DNA of 62,928 nucleotides, filler included, from Neolecta irregularis DAH-3 (Eukaryota): NCBI GenBank assembly GCA_001929475.1. It is 11 parts of 11 records of this genome, joined end to end, with 100 filler letters (N's around TTAATTAATTAA, not from the genome) between each part and the next. Parts side by side here need not be neighbours in the genome. Positions count along the whole stretch, not along the records: positions 58,176 to 61,748 come from LXFE01001580.1; positions 61,849 to 62,928 come from LXFE01001581.1; 9 more parts are not named here. One strand, 5' to 3'. Shown piece by piece: positions 59,491 to 62,928 of this stretch (position 1 is its first letter; each line of letters starts with the position of its first letter). The notes under the pieces were generated by a model. It saw only the letters and a program-made list of their open reading frames with translations, ran no database searches and was not told where the DNA came from. The position numbers and the translations under genes were made by a program.

Positions 59491-60263
59491 ACCAAAATTC
59501 TACACATTCATCCCTCGCATATACTATACTCATCAATCTTGACTCATACACCTATTTATGCCCCATCCTTTGCCATACCACTCACAATTCTTCCTTTGTC
59601 ATACCGCCAATTTCTTCTTTTCTCTAAAATTCCTCAAGTTTAGTCAATCTGAGGGCAAAGTCCCTTCTTGCAACATGATCAGCTGCAAATTTCCTCAACT
59701 TGATAGTTGGTACATAACGAATGAAAAAATAACTTGAGGAATCGCCTATTCGTTTAAATTGGTTGAAAAAAGAGGTGAATACTGCTCGAGCAGCGTACAG
59801 TTCAGCAATCTTATTGCGATGCATTTTATTGTAAACATTTTTCGCAAAGATATTTAATTCCGGTGAGCGCGTCTGTATCGCTAACCCAGGCCTATTCCCC
59901 ATCAAAATAGACAATTGTCGGATTGATTAACAGCCAGTCGATATCTTTAGGCAATCTTGACGTGAATTTTGTTATGCCGCTTTTCCATCGCAGAATGTTT
60001 TCAAAATCTGTCAGTCGCTCATTTCAGATGACGGCCATAGTGACGCTTGTCCAGATAAACGGGATACATGACGGCTAGTACTGATGTAGTGCTAGTGGCA
60101 GACTAGCATATCATTACACTCGCATCATCAAAAGAGCAGGAATCATCCGCTCAATTATCACTCGCATCATGAAATCTTTTATTCAGTCTCCGCCACTAAC
60201 GCATATAAAACAATACTACACCAATACTCTCATTCTCCAATCAACGCTTGTAATCACATTTTA

Positions 60264-60698
60264 TTACATGACTTCAACCTGTTCAGCACCAACGATGGGC
60301 TTAATATATGAAAGTCGATTACAAGTCATAATCTCTTTGACTGGGCATGGAGCCTTGTCCTTAAAAATCCCAGCCTTGATAATATGGTTGCCCTTGAAGG
60401 GAGCCGGGCAACTGAATACGATAGTCCCGCACTGACGTAAGATAGAGAACATGAGTGGCTAACATACCTTTTGGCAGAAAGTTCGAGGATTGCCTTGCCC
60501 AGAAACGGTCCCGGTATCGATGTACGTCTTAGTCAGTCCCTCGACTATTACTTGATCGCTGGAAACGACGATGTTGGAGGAGAAAGCACTGCCGTGGGCA
60601 ATTTGACAATGAGTGCAGTGACAGAGGATGGACCCTGCTGGCATGCTGGGGATGGTGATCTTGACGTCGCCGCATAAACATGTTCCAGTGACAGTCAT
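60264..60698 (-). CDS. GFA / Mss4-like (CENP-V-like) zinc protein, 2 exons
   Basis: GTCLCG, CHCTHCQ..HGSAF and RTFCQK|CGT. Confidence 0.9.
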
Positions 60699-61477
60699 TT
60701 TGACAGAGTAGGTTGATTGTTGCGAAAAATGGGTGAGCTGCAGCCCGCTTTATAGAAAGCGATTGAAACTCCGAAGCGGGGCTTGTCTTAAGCTGCCTGT
60801 AACATACATGCATTTTTAAGACATGTCTCAGAGTTCGAGTGGGCATTTCACGGAGATATGTGATATCCTATATGCAGCAAGCGATGATGAGCGAACATTT
60901 AGAAGATAGGTACCAACATTCAATGCATTGAGCGACTTGCCCGAGCTCGCAGGTATTCTTTTAGCTTTGCAACCAAATCTCTGTCCACTGAAATGATGAC
61001 GAGCCAGTGTTTCCCATGGAGTCAACTAGGCAATTATCTATCAGAACTCGGATTTAAGAGTCATCAGGGATGAGTTCCGGCGTTAGAGGAATGAAGCCAT
61101 GATTCGCATGGCGTGGCTGAGAGACAAACTAACCGAGACTTTGCGATTCTCGCTCCGAAATCCCCGGAATTTCGGTATTAACGGTGATAACAGTATAAAA
61201 GTCTCCGAAACATTGATCGTAATGTTAGACAAGGTCTCGGATTTTCTGGAGAATTGAAAAAGGCGTTCGGGAGGTCATAGCTCTAGGAAGATCTCGGACT
61301 TTAGTGGATATCCTAAAAAGGCTTCCGAGCAATCTTGAACGTTTTTCAAGGAAAGAATGTCTAAGCAACTCGTAGAAAGGGGTCATGATTTGAAGGCCGG
61401 GAAAGGAGCAGAAAGCATCCGTTTTATAAGCCACGAGTACCCTTCAGATTACATGGCGTAATCACCCTCAAATAAGC

Positions 61478-61748
61478 AGTGTTGCGGACGGATGATGGAC
61501 TTGGCCCGGCCCATTAAAAGTCCATGGGCCGAATGGACCGTATCACGATAGTAGGGATTTATCCCGTTATGAAAATAGCTGCTACAGGATCAACACAACA
61601 CCCTCGCCTGCCTGCCTCGTCAGCCTCTCCTATCTCTTGCGCCTTTCCCGTCCCGTCCGCCTTTCCCGTCCCACCTGTCCCTCCTGCCTCGGTATCGCTC
61701 TCCCGCCTGCCTCGGTATCGCTCTCCCGCCTGCCTCGGTATCGCTCTC
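61478..61748 (+). mobile_element. hAT-like end followed by GC-rich tandem repeats up to the contig end
   Basis: CAGTGTTGCGGA...GGCCCATT...CCATGGGCC, then CCGCCTGCCTCGGTATCGCTCTC three times. Confidence 0.5.
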
Positions 61749-62231
61749 NNNNNNNNNNNNNNNNNNNNNNNNNNNNNNNNNNNNNNNNNNNNTTAATTAA
61801 TTAANNNNNNNNNNNNNNNNNNNNNNNNNNNNNNNNNNNNNNNNNNNNCAGAAGGAAGGACAGTAATACAGTCATAGTCACCTCGCCAAGATCCAATGAT
61901 AAAGACAACACTGCGCCAAGATCCCAAGAGGAAGAGGAGAAGAGGAAGAAGAATTGTCCAATCCAATAATGTAGATAATTTGCTATCAATGAATACCTTG
62001 AATGTCATCTGTTGACTCTGCGTTTCGACCATCAATCACATGTCTGGAACGGTGGATCATGAAACCTCTTCGCGTAACCTCTGTTTCTCTGTCGTTCTTG
62101 TCCATCATGGATGCCAATTGTCTTTATCAAGGCCCTGTGTAGTCGGTTCATGGAGACCACGTGTGAGTATCAAACCTTGGTGGTTCGTACTCCGCTGAGC
62201 CTCAAGGTCGTATAGCAGGTGCGTGGTCGTA

Positions 62232-62928
62232 TGTAGCAACACTTGTACTGAGATACAGTACTAAGCCTAGGCAAGTCGCGCCCGCTCTACCGAAATACTC
62301 ATCCCCGCACGCCCCCATTGCCGCCAAGCTCCCTCTCCCTTCCCGGATCCGGACCGCCGCTGTAAGAGTCACAGTTCTTACGGTAGGAATCAGGAAGGGA
62401 TACCTCGCCATCTCACCTGGAGATGCGTTATCAGTTGTATATAAACCGGTCACATTACGCACACCTAACCCATGTCCACGTACTGAGATTAGGTATGCTC
62501 TCATGTACATAGATGTCCACGTACTGAGGTTAGAATAAACATTAGTCTTATTCGTACTCGAGTCCTCTTCTTACAGCCGTCCACATGTATAACACTCACA
62601 GTGAAGCAGAACATTGAATTGGCAATGAATACTTGATACAATACTTTTCCTACACGAGACGCTAGCGGCAATGCTCAACTCGTGGGTTTAGCGTAGAGAT
62701 AGTGCAAGCTACACGCCAGAGGTCCAAATGAGACTGGGTTTTATTGTCTAACCTAAGCATGTGAACTTGGTTAGGAATGACTATTTTCCTTCTTTCTATA
62801 TGCCATCTTCTAATGCCGTAAATACACCACCAAGCCACTTGTCGATTTGGTAAGAATATAACCTGTAAGTGTTGGAGCTCGGGTACAATAAGATCAGGTT
62901 ATATTTCCTTAATCTAAGCTTGTAGGCG
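62232..62928. mobile_element. Cluster of LTR-like repeats (minus copy ending about 62575; plus copies about 62715-62862 and 62863 to end)
   Basis: Shares CTCGAGTACGAATAAGAC, CTAACCTAAG...CTTGGTTAG, TAATGCCGTAAAT and TGTAAG starts with 43810-44063. Confidence 0.6.

Noticed and set aside
58752..59643. Long ORFs (291 aa plus; LQEKRIR-repeat ORFs on minus)
   Set aside because: They arise from a stop-poor minisatellite, mostly lack a convincing start, and have no domain features.
59624..60060. Coding-like minus-strand fragments downstream of the GFA gene
   Set aside because: The frames are broken by stops and could not be assembled into a credible gene.

Overview
Eukaryotic DNA from a very compact, intron-rich ascomycete genome. 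Introns are about 37-50 nt GT-AG and many intergenic gaps are under 100 bp. Gene content and compactness suggest Taphrinomycotina (possibly Neolecta-like); this is inference only. The window is 11 pieces joined by ten artificial 100-bp spacers (N44-TTAATTAATTAA-N44), so adjacency across spacers is not trustworthy. Recognisable housekeeping genes: aprataxin, Zn-metallopeptidase/jacalin, mitochondrial AAT, OPT transporter, SRP14, ELF1, RPN2, OSH3, NOP14, NOC4, IND1, inositol monophosphatase, NTE1, SPT2, CYS3, HPM1, a GPI Kre9/Knh1-like protein, SET-MYND, DEP1-like, CGR1, ATG27 and a GFA protein. Mobile DNA: two Ty3/gypsy gag-protease fragments, solo-LTR-like repeats, and Harbinger- and hAT-like MITE ends. 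Best novelty candidates: (1) two orphan secreted proteins sharing a PAN/apple-like N-terminal module with C-terminal domains resembling Ulp1/CE-clan proteases; (2) a secreted repeat protein built from duplicated exon+40-nt-intron modules, with a second array elsewhere; (3) a secreted PIR-like/Rossmann-like fusion; (4) a head-to-head pair of intronless MATH-BTB genes on a triplicated promoter; (5) position-locked promoter motifs, CACGTG at housekeeping genes and CGAGACA at secreted orphans; (6) NOP14-NOC4 linkage; (7) intragenic GC islands. All domain calls are by eye, without database searches. Exon boundaries are approximate unless stated.
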